Shown here in pieces: positions 31,901-41,548 of a stretch of 64,000 nucleotides of DNA. Numbering within the stretch: the stretch's first letter is position 1; every line of letters starts with the position of its first letter. The stretch is from a virus. A program made the translations under genes and the position numbers. The stretch lies in IMG/VR virus record IMGVR_UViG_3300042446_001732, positions 1 through 64,000 of that record, one strand, 5' to 3'. The notes under the pieces were generated by a model. That model saw only the letters and a program-made list of their open reading frames with translations. It made no database searches and was not told the origin of the DNA.

Positions 31901-32894
31901 CTTTACATCCAGCGCTGCTGCTAGCCATGCTGACAATACTGGTGTGATCTTGATATCTAACACATGTACTCCAGTGGTCAACCACTGGGGTAGTTCAGTG
32001 ATCATGGACGGCAGTTTTGACAACGACCAAGGCTATCAGTTTACATTCAACCGAAGCAACTACGGTTTGCCTGCCACAGTTGGAGCCAAACAAACTGTGT
32101 TTGCCATGAGACTTGCGCCCAGTGTGTCAAACAGTATCATTGGCGCTCTGGGTGATCGCGACCTGATCAACCGCGCTCAGTTGTCATTGACCGAAATGGT
32201 GATCAACATCACAGCTGGTCGCTTCTTGATTGAAGGTATTTTGAATCCCAACAACATTGACAGTGCCAACACATCCTGGTCCGGGCTCAACAACTTGGCC
32301 GGTGGATTCCAACCTAGCTTTACAGAGTTTGCAACTTCACCTCGATATACCAGTGAAACCACCGGCGGTTTGACCAGTTCTACATTTGGCGCAACTGGTG
32401 GCTTTACCAAGAGTGGCGTTAAAGTTGTGTCCAGCAGCGCAAAAACATTTGCAAACTTGGCACCGGTTAATGTTTCAAGTTCGGGTTCGGGCGCCAACCT
32501 AACTGTGCAACTTACCAGCACCGGCGCAACTTATACCAACAGCACTGTACAAATCACTGTGCAGGCCGCTGGTACAGGGTATGCAGTTGGAGATACCTTG
32601 AAGATTCTTGGTAATAGCCTAGGCGGTTCAAGCACCACCAACGACCTGGCACTGACAGTGGCCGCTGTCACAACAGAATTGGCCGGAGGAGAAAGATTGT
32701 TTGCTATTCCAATTTCAACCACAAACTCTGGTTTGTTGGACCTGAGCTCAGTTAAACAAATTGGTACTAGTGCAGTTCCAGGAACAGGAACTTATCCCAA
32801 CGGTCCCGAAGTGCTGGCAATTCAGATCACTGCATTACAGACAGCCAATGCAACCGGCGAGATTCAGGTACAGTTCCAGGAAAGCCAGGCCTAA
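28944..32894 (+). CDS. Large beta-rich virion structural protein
   Basis: 1316 aa, Thr/Ser/Gly-rich, repeated ITVTT..HGL domains; last gene of the fibre operon. Confidence 0.65.
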   Translation: MARQRIYEYVFAPGTSGLGTIKVPGRYNLADFLAIYNTTDQISIYNFGSQTQGGTVSWSGQGGTVDFPYAYAGVTTLNLEFDTSLMSSSDKLSVYVESQDIETRPWSFGLDAIGRSRVSNPESLIDADFEYGLQNTKWQNVALTNNIPNFYEDIGLDIAYNTDGYVSLISGDDVITSNVDTSVRLSNPGTPTWQANSYGLIVSQTQGNTTPFVTSSVTANIDSSAERTFPVISTTGFAANDNVLLIGRPASVTTTTAVAITSTATTTVVLTSAAGIVDGSYIIVETDTAGVYETMAVTNVAVNTLTVTRQTNNTNGAGANIASGNDVHIVSSLEMARVFEVTDGTTLQLTRGWYNTTPANTLEIGSVIQKMSGNVELVNMTAVSTAVNGVQTITRGQFNTTALSVAGAGSPVIRMTGVFYSSGSNALPEVTVNAEASGVAAGDYVTALNTQNSNTEGVNFVSQANTDNFSYYPRRGPNLAAGYPLNQTDTSIRQAFAYTGADLDIASITSDGGNPSTITVTTTYAHGLVPGTPILVNLSSGSNQSYAEGSFFLISVPSTTTFTYTAKTGAAVSGSLAGIINVRSNATFLPRPFDGGVIMSSGSPTRGATAVRQTKKYFRYQSGKGILFSSGTMLKPTLDIFALSADGTVANSNITVTTDFEHGLNAGATVTISGITTSGYDNSGYIVTSITSDVSFVVQAQETLGSVTPELGIQPRLNITNWHGSAIRAGIFDDQNGLFWEADGISLNVVQRSSTFQVAGLVSVGAGSNLVTGDGTCRFQDQLNNGDVVVIRGMTHTVTSVLNQNRMTVIPPFRGINNQNRVKMNLRNEQRIRQVDFNIDPLDGTGVSGYTIDASKMQMLMVEYSWYGAGYVQFGVRGQNGDFIMGHRIPNNNRNNEAYMRSGNLPARYEAINETPVSSLDGAINDAVTTISLRDATDYPAASVTYPVFVMIDSEVIKYSGKSGNNLTGCTRAATFTQWVEGQSRSFTSSAAASHADNTGVILISNTCTPVVNHWGSSVIMDGSFDNDQGYQFTFNRSNYGLPATVGAKQTVFAMRLAPSVSNSIIGALGDRDLINRAQLSLTEMVINITAGRFLIEGILNPNNIDSANTSWSGLNNLAGGFQPSFTEFATSPRYTSETTGGLTSSTFGATGGFTKSGVKVVSSSAKTFANLAPVNVSSSGSGANLTVQLTSTGATYTNSTVQITVQAAGTGYAVGDTLKILGNSLGGSSTTNDLALTVAAVTTELAGGERLFAIPISTTNSGLLDLSSVKQIGTSAVPGTGTYPNGPEVLAIQITALQTANATGEIQVQFQESQA

Positions 32895-33313
32895 CGAGTT
32901 GCAAAATCCTGTTCAAGCAACAGGATTTTGCTTTGTACCGCTTCAATGTTCACGGTGTTCCACAGTCCAGGATGCATGGGACGAGGCCATGTGCCAGCAT
33001 CTATCCAGGCCCAGCCCAGGTGCTCGTGATTGAGCACTGGGGTAAACTCATTGGCCACCACACAAACCCAGGTGTGATATTCAAATGCACTGTCAGCACT
33101 AGTGAACTTTTCCAAAGGTATGAGTCTTTCGTAGGTGGGAAAACTGCCAAGTTCTTCAATACACTCACGCTCCATGCCACCCAAGAGTGTTTCGCCAGTT
33201 TCTATTTTGCCACCAGGCAAGCCCCAAGCACCGGGATTTTTGTTGTCATTGCGAATCAAGTACAAGTAACGACCTGTACTTTTTGATCTAAACCAAACTC
33301 CCACCGCTTTCAA
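32891..33313 (-). CDS. Nudix hydrolase
   Basis: Nudix box GGKIETGETLLGGMERECIEELG; likely TTG start overlapping the gp15 stop codon. Confidence 0.9.
   Translation of the reverse strand: MKAVGVWFRSKSTGRYLYLIRNDNKNPGAWGLPGGKIETGETLLGGMERECIEELGSFPTYERLIPLEKFTSADSAFEYHTWVCVVANEFTPVLNHEHLGWAWIDAGTWPRPMHPGLWNTVNIEAVQSKILLLEQDFATR
32901..32935 (+). terminator. Hairpin terminator of the fibre operon, embedded in the convergent Nudix CDS
   Basis: Perfect 13-bp stem GCAAAATCCTGTT-CAAGC-AACAGGATTTTGC followed by TTTG. Confidence 0.6.
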
Positions 33314-34707
33314 AGAACAATGCTCCATTCGCCACCAGGATAGATACCTTGATAACTTTTGATCCACATTTCACCAGTCCAGTAGTACTGAAGACCTGTG
33401 GTCAAGTTTGTGACATATTGTCCTGCTGGCATGGTGTTGGCATTGAACACCACTTGCCAGTAGTTGCCAGAATATTCAATGATGTCATTGGCTTCTGCTA
33501 TGAGTGGTCGTCCATTGGCGCCAACCCAGGCAGTGGCATTGTATTGATTGTCAGCGCTGCCGGTGGATTCAGTCAGTAGGTATCGTTGTCCTTCCAGCGC
33601 ACTGTCAAGTCCGTCTAGCGGAGCACTGGCTTGTGGATTGATCACAGCGTCAATTGCTGCTAGAGTATTTTGAGGCACGGTATCAGGATCTGCATCAAAC
33701 AACATAAAACGTTCATCGTTGGGATCCAGGGCAATGGTACCAATCACTTCAGTGCCGTCGGGCTGTTCCAATCTGATTTGACTAATGCCAGGTCGCAAAA
33801 CACCATACACACTGACCACCGCTGGCCATTGCAAGTTGCTGGTAGATACCAGGTCAGGCGGTACGAGGCTGCTGTTAGACTGATCCACAATGGCACGTTC
33901 TTGCAGGCATTGCAGTTTATTACCAATCAGCACAACTTTGTAATTGTAAGGCGTGACTTTGACTCTGGTGCCCAGCAGCAAATCATTGTTGGTCACAGCA
34001 TCTTGTAGGTCTCCTTGCGCATCATACATGCTAGCAATCACACGCTCAATCACACCCAGTTTCTTGACCTTAGCAGGTGAACTGATCCAGATTGGAAGAC
34101 TGAATTTGAGAGTGGCAATGTCAATTGGATTTTCTGTGCCCATGGGAATTGTTCTTGATGTCCATTGTACTGAGTCTAATTCTACTATACTCAGGCTGGT
34201 CCAGTCAATATAATTGTCAGTGGATTGCACTTCCAGGCTAGGGTTGAACAAGGTAAGCATTTGTTCCAACAACTGCATCTTTTGATTGGTGTTGCTGGTC
34301 CAGATATCCAAGGTGATACCCAGTTTGTAAGGCACAGGCATCAGCCGTTCAATTGTGAATGCGTTGCCTTGTGTGGTTTCGTAGGTCTCAGTGTCCTGAT
34401 CGTAGGTGCGTTGACGAACATTGACCTTGCTCACAAAGTAAGGTTCTTGCATTCTTGGTCGATCATAGTCCAGACTAGACACATAAAATGTCATCAGCGG
34501 TGTGCTGGGCATGCTGCTGGCAGAATTTTCCTGAATAATTGTTTGTGCATTACGGCTAGCGTCACCGTAGCGAACAGGCACACGCAAAAGAGCCGCTTGA
34601 TCAGAATTGGCTTCACGTCCGTATTCAATTTGGAAGTTTGAAACTATCCTGGTAAACTGTAACAGGAAACGACGAATTTGTTCGTCATAAAAGAATTGTT
34701 GTGCCAT
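33310..34707 (-). CDS. gp15: Tail sheath stabiliser/terminator protein with a C-terminal extension
   Basis: FFYDEQIRR...VPVRYG, MPVPY.L...L.IW....Q..Q.LEQ...FNP motifs. Confidence 0.8.
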   Translation of the reverse strand: MAQQFFYDEQIRRFLLQFTRIVSNFQIEYGREANSDQAALLRVPVRYGDASRNAQTIIQENSASSMPSTPLMTFYVSSLDYDRPRMQEPYFVSKVNVRQRTYDQDTETYETTQGNAFTIERLMPVPYKLGITLDIWTSNTNQKMQLLEQMLTLFNPSLEVQSTDNYIDWTSLSIVELDSVQWTSRTIPMGTENPIDIATLKFSLPIWISSPAKVKKLGVIERVIASMYDAQGDLQDAVTNNDLLLGTRVKVTPYNYKVVLIGNKLQCLQERAIVDQSNSSLVPPDLVSTSNLQWPAVVSVYGVLRPGISQIRLEQPDGTEVIGTIALDPNDERFMLFDADPDTVPQNTLAAIDAVINPQASAPLDGLDSALEGQRYLLTESTGSADNQYNATAWVGANGRPLIAEANDIIEYSGNYWQVVFNANTMPAGQYVTNLTTGLQYYWTGEMWIKSYQGIYPGGEWSIVL

Positions 34708-34712
34708 AATGA

Positions 34713-36035
34713 TTAACCGCCGTTGTCGGCTCTGGGTTTGAGCAGTTCACTGAGACTCTGACGACTTGGCATAGGCCCACGATCAGTAGTGTTAACTGTA
34801 GCTGTGTTGTTCACAAAGCTGGAACGCAATGTTTTGTTGTCTGGTCCGTTGTTGAGGTCAGTGCGCACACTGTCATCAATTTTAACCCAGCGGATGCCGT
34901 CATATCTAAACAAGCGATTGGGCTTGTAGTCCAATCTCAATACATATGCCCCGGCCACGGGATTGGGAGGGAATGCCACACCTGGAGTAACAGGTAATCC
35001 ATTGGGTGCAATGTCGTCGCTGCCTGTTAGGTAGCCCAGAGTGTAGCCTTCGGCTCGTGGACTAGTGGCTTGACCGCCTTGTGTGCCGTCCACTGTGGTT
35101 GTTTCGTCTGCTGTCAAGCTAGCGCCTTCAGCCAGTGCAGGTTGATCATTCAACAGTGTTGGCACAATGTAGAATTTGGTAGTGTCATAGCCACTCAATG
35201 GCACTTCAACGTCAGCTTGAGTAAGAATAGCATCATTGATCTCTTCATCTTTGGTGCGGGTGCCTTGCACATCTGCAATGGTAGGCGGTGTGTACTCTTG
35301 CCAGTAAGTGGTATTGTTGATGGCTATGTCAGCTGGAGTGTTGATCTTGGCCTGATAATAAGTGTTGCCGTAGTTCACAATACTTCCAGCAGGATAGTAA
35401 TTGCCATTGTCCCAGATTTGTTCACTCACAAATGGTTTGTTGGTAATAGAATTGTACTCTTGTGCATCAGTGAGAGGCGTTGCCTTGACTCGCCACAAGT
35501 GCGGCAACCAAGTAACAGAAAAACCTTCACTAGCATATGCAGCATCTTGAATCACATAGTACTTAGGCAATGCAGCAGGCAATGCTGAATTTAATGGATT
35601 GTAATCTTTCAAGTTTGGAACTTCAATTACATCACCACTCATGAGTTTGCGACCAAACGAATCAATCATGTCATTGTAATGAAATGTAATAAACAAGGTA
35701 TCGTTGTTCAAAAACAAACCAAATTGAGTCAGGTCAAAGTCCACATCCTGTGTGTTGTACACACCACGCATGACATAGATGTCTGGATCATACACACGAT
35801 CTCTGTTTTCCAACAGCAACAGATCTTGTATGTTTAGTGGACTTAGAGTTTCGTATACTGGCTGAGTTGCGTCGGCATTGCCGCTCAGAGTAGAGTCTTC
35901 GCCACCAGTTTGCGGACCCATGTACTTGTGGACAAACATGTCCAGTCCGCCCACAGTGTACATTTCACTGATTGTGCGGTCCAAGAATTGGTAATCTCGG
36001 GTTCGGTTGGGGCGGAATAGGCTTAGACGTGGCAT
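34713..36035 (-). CDS. gp14: Neck protein, gp14-like, with insertions
   Basis: Adjacent to gp15; DLLLLENR, LTQFGL...D, GDVIE.P pattern. Confidence 0.6.
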   Translation of the reverse strand: MPRLSLFRPNRTRDYQFLDRTISEMYTVGGLDMFVHKYMGPQTGGEDSTLSGNADATQPVYETLSPLNIQDLLLLENRDRVYDPDIYVMRGVYNTQDVDFDLTQFGLFLNNDTLFITFHYNDMIDSFGRKLMSGDVIEVPNLKDYNPLNSALPAALPKYYVIQDAAYASEGFSVTWLPHLWRVKATPLTDAQEYNSITNKPFVSEQIWDNGNYYPAGSIVNYGNTYYQAKINTPADIAINNTTYWQEYTPPTIADVQGTRTKDEEINDAILTQADVEVPLSGYDTTKFYIVPTLLNDQPALAEGASLTADETTTVDGTQGGQATSPRAEGYTLGYLTGSDDIAPNGLPVTPGVAFPPNPVAGAYVLRLDYKPNRLFRYDGIRWVKIDDSVRTDLNNGPDNKTLRSSFVNNTATVNTTDRGPMPSRQSLSELLKPRADNGG

Positions 36036-36056
36036 AGTGTTGTATTTATGGGCAGG

Positions 36057-36085
36057 TTGACCAATAATTGAACAAGTGCTACAAT
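36057..36085 (+). promoter_or_regulatory. Sigma70-type promoter
   Basis: TTGACC-17 bp-TACAAT with an extended TG; ATG follows 6 nt later. Confidence 0.75.
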
Positions 36086-36091
36086 AGCTGT

Positions 36092-36364
36092 ATGAAAGTA
36101 GTTAAACTGAATCGCAGATTTCGCCAGTTCCGAGAACACGGACACACTGTGGGCTTGAGATTTCCTAGCTACACTGAATCTACACCATACGAAGCAGCAA
36201 CCAGGAAGAAATTGGGCGATGGCGGCTGGCAGCGGCATGATCTATGGTACAGTTACTTCGGGCATGGCCGGGTAGATGGGTACCGTCCGTACTGGATCAC
36301 ATTCCGCAATGAGTCAGATGCCACTTTGGTAGTACTTTCTACTGACTTGACCAAATTTTGGTAA
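36092..36364 (+). CDS. Hypothetical early protein
   Basis: Start reassigned to the ATG at 36092, downstream of the promoter. Confidence 0.6.
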   Translation: MKVVKLNRRFRQFREHGHTVGLRFPSYTESTPYEAATRKKLGDGGWQRHDLWYSYFGHGRVDGYRPYWITFRNESDATLVVLSTDLTKFW

Positions 36365-36375
36365 TCTGCTATAAT
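36347..36375 (+). promoter_or_regulatory. Sigma70-type promoter
   Basis: TTGACC-17 bp-TATAAT with an extended TG. Confidence 0.8.
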
Positions 36376-36400
36376 TACTGATATGATTAAAGGAGCCACC

Positions 36401-37543
36401 GTGAAATCTGCTGTAGCAAATAAACCCGTAAAATCTCTGAATCCACGCAGTGCAGACACCAATGTCATGGGACCAGAACCCACCTGGCGCGAACAGCCCA
36501 TCAGCAACAGGACCAGTCAAATGACTGCTGCCTTTTCCTGGTACAATTACTTTTACGGCAAAAAAGATGCTCGTGACATGATTGTGAACTATCTGGAACT
36601 GCATGGCCGTAAAGCAGATGTTCGTGCTCTCAAAGGTGTGTCCGATTCAGACATTCGACTAACTGCTGGGTGGTTGTGCAGAATGAGCATGGTGGGCCTT
36701 GACCTGTCTGAACACGAACAAATCAAACTAGACAACATGCTGAAAGAACTGGTCGCAGTCAAACAACAAGAAGGTTCAACAGAGTCCGCAGAACCTGTGA
36801 TAGCACGACTGACCATTCAGGATCGCCTGCGTGAAAAAGTAAGCGAGTGTGCCGGTGAACTGGACGGCATGTTTGATGAGTTTATTTTGGCCGGCGCCAA
36901 AATGAGTGCAGACTACAAGCCAATTATGTTGATCCGTGGCATGAACGTGGCACCACAAATGGTAAGTTCTTTGTCTGATATTTGGAAACGCAAGCAGGCT
37001 GAATTTGAAGAAGTTGCCAAAGGCAAAGACGCACAACTGGCAGAAGGCTACGGATATCTCAGCAAGATTCAGCTACGAAATGTGTTGAAGTTTTGCGAAA
37101 CTGTGATCAACGACTGCGGCGCATATGTGCAGATTAAAAAGGTTGAGCGCAAGCCACGTGCAGTCAAAGCAGTGTCGCCAGAAAAACGTGCAGCCAAGTT
37201 CAAGGTTGCAATGGAATTTGCTGATCTCAAACTCAAGGGATTGCCTGCCGCAAGCCTGGTGGAAAAAACAGAAGCCTGGCTGTATGATACCAAAAAGCGC
37301 AAGCTGATACACGTTGTGGCAGACTCACATGCAGGATCGTTCACTGTAAAAAGCAATTCCATCATTGGATTCAGTGTGTCGGAGAGCATGCAAAAGACTG
37401 TGCGCAAACCCGCAGAAGTTGTCAAAGCCATGCAGGCCGCAGGCAAGCCGGCTGCTAGAAAGATCTACAAAGATCTAACCACCACTGAAACAGGGTTCAA
37501 CGGACGTGGAACTGAAAACTTGATGGTGCTAAAGACCTGGTAA
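36401..37543 (+). CDS. Hypothetical basic protein
   Basis: Long ORF; AAGGAG SD before the GTG at 36401. Confidence 0.7.
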   Translation: MKSAVANKPVKSLNPRSADTNVMGPEPTWREQPISNRTSQMTAAFSWYNYFYGKKDARDMIVNYLELHGRKADVRALKGVSDSDIRLTAGWLCRMSMVGLDLSEHEQIKLDNMLKELVAVKQQEGSTESAEPVIARLTIQDRLREKVSECAGELDGMFDEFILAGAKMSADYKPIMLIRGMNVAPQMVSSLSDIWKRKQAEFEEVAKGKDAQLAEGYGYLSKIQLRNVLKFCETVINDCGAYVQIKKVERKPRAVKAVSPEKRAAKFKVAMEFADLKLKGLPAASLVEKTEAWLYDTKKRKLIHVVADSHAGSFTVKSNSIIGFSVSESMQKTVRKPAEVVKAMQAAGKPAARKIYKDLTTTETGFNGRGTENLMVLKTW

Positions 37544-37550
37544 GTAGTCC

Positions 37551-38429
37551 ATGCACAATATTACAAACAAAGTTGATTTTTACATTACCAATGTTTGTAA
37601 TCTAACTTGTGATCGTTGCAATAGATTTAACAATCACGACTTCCGCGGCTGGCAACGATGGAGTGATTACCAGGCTCAATACGAACAGTGGGGCAAGTTG
37701 GTGCAACTAAACGCTGCCACTATCATGGGCGGTGAACCTTTTTTAAATCCTACCTTGGGTGACTGGATAACAGGCATCAACAGAATATTTGATATTGATG
37801 TGCAAGTGTTGACCAATGGCACTCGATTCAATCAATCCAAGTCACTGTACGAAAAATTACTGTATAGATCTCCTCGCACAGGAGCAATGAACCATATTGG
37901 TGTGAGTTTGCATAATATTGCTGACCAAGAGCAATTGCTGGCTGACGTTCGTGCATTTTTCCCTGTGCCTTTTGAAGAATTTCCCAAAGGATCTTCCAGG
38001 AACTACTGGAACTCAGATTGGTTTTTCATTGACAACAATGGAGTAATGATCAACGTATACACAGTTAACGAATTTGGTGCTGCTGCTATCAGGCCAGCAC
38101 AGCAGCAATTTCATTTGCACAACAGTGACCCTGTGCAAGCACACAATACCTGTGCGTTTGCTCGCTTCAAGTCGTATCACTACATTCGTGGCCGACTGTA
38201 CAAGTGTGGACCAGTGGCCTTGATGTCAGAATTTGATCAACAGCATAGTTTACAAATCTCTGATTCAGATCGTGAGCTGCTGAATTCATACAAGTCATTG
38301 GGGGTTGATAATTTTGATCAGTATTATCAAGAATTTTTTAACAAGTTGGATCAGCCTATTGCACAGTGCAAATTTTGTCCGGAACAGTCTGAAATGCAGA
38401 CAATTTTTCCTATACGCAAGGGTCTGTAA
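37551..38429 (+). CDS. Radical SAM protein
   Basis: CNLTCDRC (CxxxCxxC), GGEP, TNG, C-terminal Cys cluster. Confidence 0.9.
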   Translation: MHNITNKVDFYITNVCNLTCDRCNRFNNHDFRGWQRWSDYQAQYEQWGKLVQLNAATIMGGEPFLNPTLGDWITGINRIFDIDVQVLTNGTRFNQSKSLYEKLLYRSPRTGAMNHIGVSLHNIADQEQLLADVRAFFPVPFEEFPKGSSRNYWNSDWFFIDNNGVMINVYTVNEFGAAAIRPAQQQFHLHNSDPVQAHNTCAFARFKSYHYIRGRLYKCGPVALMSEFDQQHSLQISDSDRELLNSYKSLGVDNFDQYYQEFFNKLDQPIAQCKFCPEQSEMQTIFPIRKGL

Positions 38430-38431
38430 CA

Positions 38432-39502
38432 GTGTTCCAGGATAGATTCTATCAAACACAACAAGGCGAAGTATTTGAACAAAGCCAGTGCATGCAGCAT
38501 GAGCATGTGTTGGCCAATTTCTTTTCTAGTATTCTAGTTAATCTTGAGTACTCAACAGTAGACCCAGGTCGCAGGATCTGGACCAGAAACAACAAAACAG
38601 TAATAGTGTGCTTGGCAGACGATTTTAACATCTGCGGCGCAAATTTATCAACGTCTCCTGGCAAATGGTTTGACGCTGACACAGTTGTGATAACAGATAA
38701 CTTGATCACTTGTGATACACAATACACTGTGCTTCGGGTGCCTGTTAGTTATTTTGGAGTGTTTGGATACACACCAGCACTACAAAATTTTACACCATCC
38801 CACAGGTTTCATTTGTCAGTGAATCGCCTTGACTCACAAAGACAATTGATACTGTTTGAACTGATTGCACAAAGCGGTGACCTTGATGCGGTACAGCAGC
38901 AGGATCTTGTCAATTTCAACGCTAGAGATGCCTATGAACCCAACAACAATGTGCAGGATCTACAACAAAATTTTGTAAAACATTGGCAGCCATTGGCTGA
39001 GTATTATACAGGAGTGTACGATCAACACTGGGACGCTGTATTAAATTCTTTGCCCTTGCTTACTCACAATTTTAGTATTGAACAAGCTGGGGTTGATGCA
39101 TACTTGAACCTGGTGGTTGAGACCTATGCAGGCAACACCACTATAACATTCAGTGAAAAGATATTCCGCGCTCTGGTAACGCCGGCACCCTGGGCAGTGT
39201 TTGCAGCACAAGGAGCAGTGCAGCATGTTGTGGATCTGGGATTTGATGTCATGTCAGATATTGTGGACCATTCATACGATCAATATGTACAAGATAACTG
39301 GCCGGGCCGTAACAAAATAGCAAATTATATCTCAGCCAATCTGTCTAATTATCACAGAATCCAGCAGATTGATGCTGCTGTGCTGGCAGCAAGATGCAAA
39401 CAAGCAGCAGAACACAATCAGCAGCGCCTGGCTGCATTGCGGGCACAATGGCCCGGCGATTTTGCACGGTGGCTTCCTGGAGTGATAGCGCAGCTTGAAT
39501 AA
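38432..39502 (+). CDS. Putative glycosyltransferase-like protein
   Basis: NLVVETY...FSEKIFRAL..P...GFDV..D.VDHSYD; similar to the ORF at 11478. Confidence 0.5.
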   Translation: MFQDRFYQTQQGEVFEQSQCMQHEHVLANFFSSILVNLEYSTVDPGRRIWTRNNKTVIVCLADDFNICGANLSTSPGKWFDADTVVITDNLITCDTQYTVLRVPVSYFGVFGYTPALQNFTPSHRFHLSVNRLDSQRQLILFELIAQSGDLDAVQQQDLVNFNARDAYEPNNNVQDLQQNFVKHWQPLAEYYTGVYDQHWDAVLNSLPLLTHNFSIEQAGVDAYLNLVVETYAGNTTITFSEKIFRALVTPAPWAVFAAQGAVQHVVDLGFDVMSDIVDHSYDQYVQDNWPGRNKIANYISANLSNYHRIQQIDAAVLAARCKQAAEHNQQRLAALRAQWPGDFARWLPGVIAQLE

Positions 39503-39525
39503 ATATAGGAACCGGAGTTTCCTTT

Positions 39526-40287
39526 ATGGCCGACAATACATTACCCCAGCTCAAGCAAGATCTTATTGATTATGTGGGGCTGCTGCTGGGCAATCAGATC
39601 ATTGATCTCGAACTAGATCCTGCACACTTTGAGGCTGCATATCAAAAGACCATTGGCACTTTTCGCCAACGAAGCAATGCAGCATATGAAGAAGCTTACA
39701 TTTTCATGGAGCTGATTCGTGACGTAAACATTTACACATTGCCGCAAGAAGTCACAAGTGTGCGTCAGATTTTTCGCAGAACATTTGGTGATGCCACAGG
39801 ACCGTTTGCTTCAAACTTTGATCCATTTGCACAGGCCAGCATCAACGTGTATCTCATGAACTTCAACGTGGCTGGTGGACTTGCTACCTATGACTTCTAC
39901 TCACAGTATGTGGAACTAGCTGCCAAGATGTTTGGCGGATTCATGAACTATACCTGGAATCCTGTGACCAAGAAATTACAGCTCATACGAGATCCAAAAG
40001 GCACCGGGGAAAATGTGCTGCTTTGGGCTTACCAGCTCAAGCCCGAGATTCAGTTGTTGACTGATCATCAAACTGGACAATGGATCCGTGACTACATGGT
40101 TGCTGTTTCCAAAATGATCATTGGTGAGGCTCGCGAAAAGTTCTCAACCATTGCTGGCCCGCAGGGCGGAGGTAGTTTGAACGGTGCTGCAATGAAGTCA
40201 GAAGCACAGGCTCAGATGGATGCGCTGTTGGAACAACTCAAATTGTATGTAGATGGTGCGCAGCCATTGACCTTTGTAATTGGCTAA
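39526..40287 (+). CDS. gp13: Neck (head-tail adaptor) protein
   Basis: LG...ID.EL, WIRDY..A..K...G..R.KF...GP.GG..LNG motifs. Confidence 0.85.
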   Translation: MADNTLPQLKQDLIDYVGLLLGNQIIDLELDPAHFEAAYQKTIGTFRQRSNAAYEEAYIFMELIRDVNIYTLPQEVTSVRQIFRRTFGDATGPFASNFDPFAQASINVYLMNFNVAGGLATYDFYSQYVELAAKMFGGFMNYTWNPVTKKLQLIRDPKGTGENVLLWAYQLKPEIQLLTDHQTGQWIRDYMVAVSKMIIGEAREKFSTIAGPQGGGSLNGAAMKSEAQAQMDALLEQLKLYVDGAQPLTFVIG

Positions 40288-41008
40288 CAAGCAAACCCTG
40301 ATGATTGGTTGCAGCTTTATGTCAAGGCTGCAGGCCCGTCATGCTGGAGACATGGGCATAAACGCCGCAAAATACCATGTGTTAGCCAGCCCGGGCACAG
40401 GCAATCAGGCCATTGCTGCCAGAGCCATGTATCAGTTGGCTCAGGAAGATTATGATCGTGTGGTAGTGTTGTGGTCTGGCATCAACAGAATAGACTTTCC
40501 AGTCAGCGAAGAACTGCAACGCACACAACACAACAACCCTGACGGTGATTGGGTGGCCAGCTGCAACATTGGCAGCATGGCCTGGTATCATTCAGGCGGT
40601 TTTTTGGGAACAGGCGTTTTTGGTGCAGTGCCAGAACCTGTGCAGATCTTCATGCGGGCACAGTATCTGGGATCAGAACCCAACAGCAAATACCTAAGCG
40701 AACTTACCTTGATCAGCATTGTAGCACTGCAAAGTTTGCTGAAGGCTCGTGGCATTGATCATCAAATGGCATTCATACACAATACCACTCACGGTGATGT
40801 TGGCCGACAACAAGAACATGCACACGGAATTTTGGATCACAGTTCACCCTTGGACAAACTGGTAGATTGGAGCAAGTTCAACATGAACAGCAATCCTTAT
40901 GAATGGGCCATGCGCCGCGAACAACTGGAAGGTGATCAATATCATCCTACCAGAAACGCCATGATTGACTGGTTTCGAGAACAAATGGGCATTGACATGA
41001 CCCAGTGA
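40280..41008 (+). CDS. SGNH/GDSL-like hypothetical protein
   Basis: GCSF, G.GN and C-terminal DQYHP blocks. Confidence 0.5.
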   Translation: MANKQTLMIGCSFMSRLQARHAGDMGINAAKYHVLASPGTGNQAIAARAMYQLAQEDYDRVVVLWSGINRIDFPVSEELQRTQHNNPDGDWVASCNIGSMAWYHSGGFLGTGVFGAVPEPVQIFMRAQYLGSEPNSKYLSELTLISIVALQSLLKARGIDHQMAFIHNTTHGDVGRQQEHAHGILDHSSPLDKLVDWSKFNMNSNPYEWAMRREQLEGDQYHPTRNAMIDWFREQMGIDMTQ

Positions 41009-41020
41009 TTGTGCTATACT
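40992..41020 (+). promoter_or_regulatory. Sigma70-type promoter for the nucleotide-metabolism trio
   Basis: TTGACA-17 bp-TATACT with an extended TG; ATG at 41027. Confidence 0.8.
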
Positions 41021-41026
41021 TGCAGT

Positions 41027-41548
41027 ATGCACCTAATGATTGACCTAGAAGGGCTGAGCACTGGCCCAGACACTACTATCCTTACTATTGCCGCACAAGC
41101 GTTTGATCCGTTTGGCAAAGGCTTCTATGAGCAATCTTACTATGCTAGAGTTACCTTGGAAAGTCAGGAAAATCGTGTAATTGATGATAACACTATTGCA
41201 TGGTGGGCAACGCAACCTGAACACGCTAGAGAAGAAGCATTTGGAGAACAAGATCGAATTCCACTAGATGAAGCACTAGACGGATTAGGCCGACTAATTT
41301 GGAACAGCAAGATGATTTGGGCACAAGGTCCAACTTATGACATGAATATTCTTGAGCATGCTTACAAGAGCTACAACAAGCCCCTGCCGTGGAAATACTA
41401 CATGGTGCGAGACAGTCGCACAGTGTTCAGCTTGTGGCCTGATCAGCCAATACCTCCAACTAGTCACCATGCTCTTGAAGACTGTCGCAGACAAATTGGT
41501 ATGTTGCAAAACACATTAACACATCTAAACGTAAAGGCATTGAAATGA
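41027..41548 (+). CDS. DEDDh 3'-5' exonuclease (Rv2179c-like)
   Basis: MIDLE, WW..Q, YD..IL, RD.RT, HHALED motifs. Confidence 0.85.
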   Translation: MHLMIDLEGLSTGPDTTILTIAAQAFDPFGKGFYEQSYYARVTLESQENRVIDDNTIAWWATQPEHAREEAFGEQDRIPLDEALDGLGRLIWNSKMIWAQGPTYDMNILEHAYKSYNKPLPWKYYMVRDSRTVFSLWPDQPIPPTSHHALEDCRRQIGMLQNTLTHLNVKALK

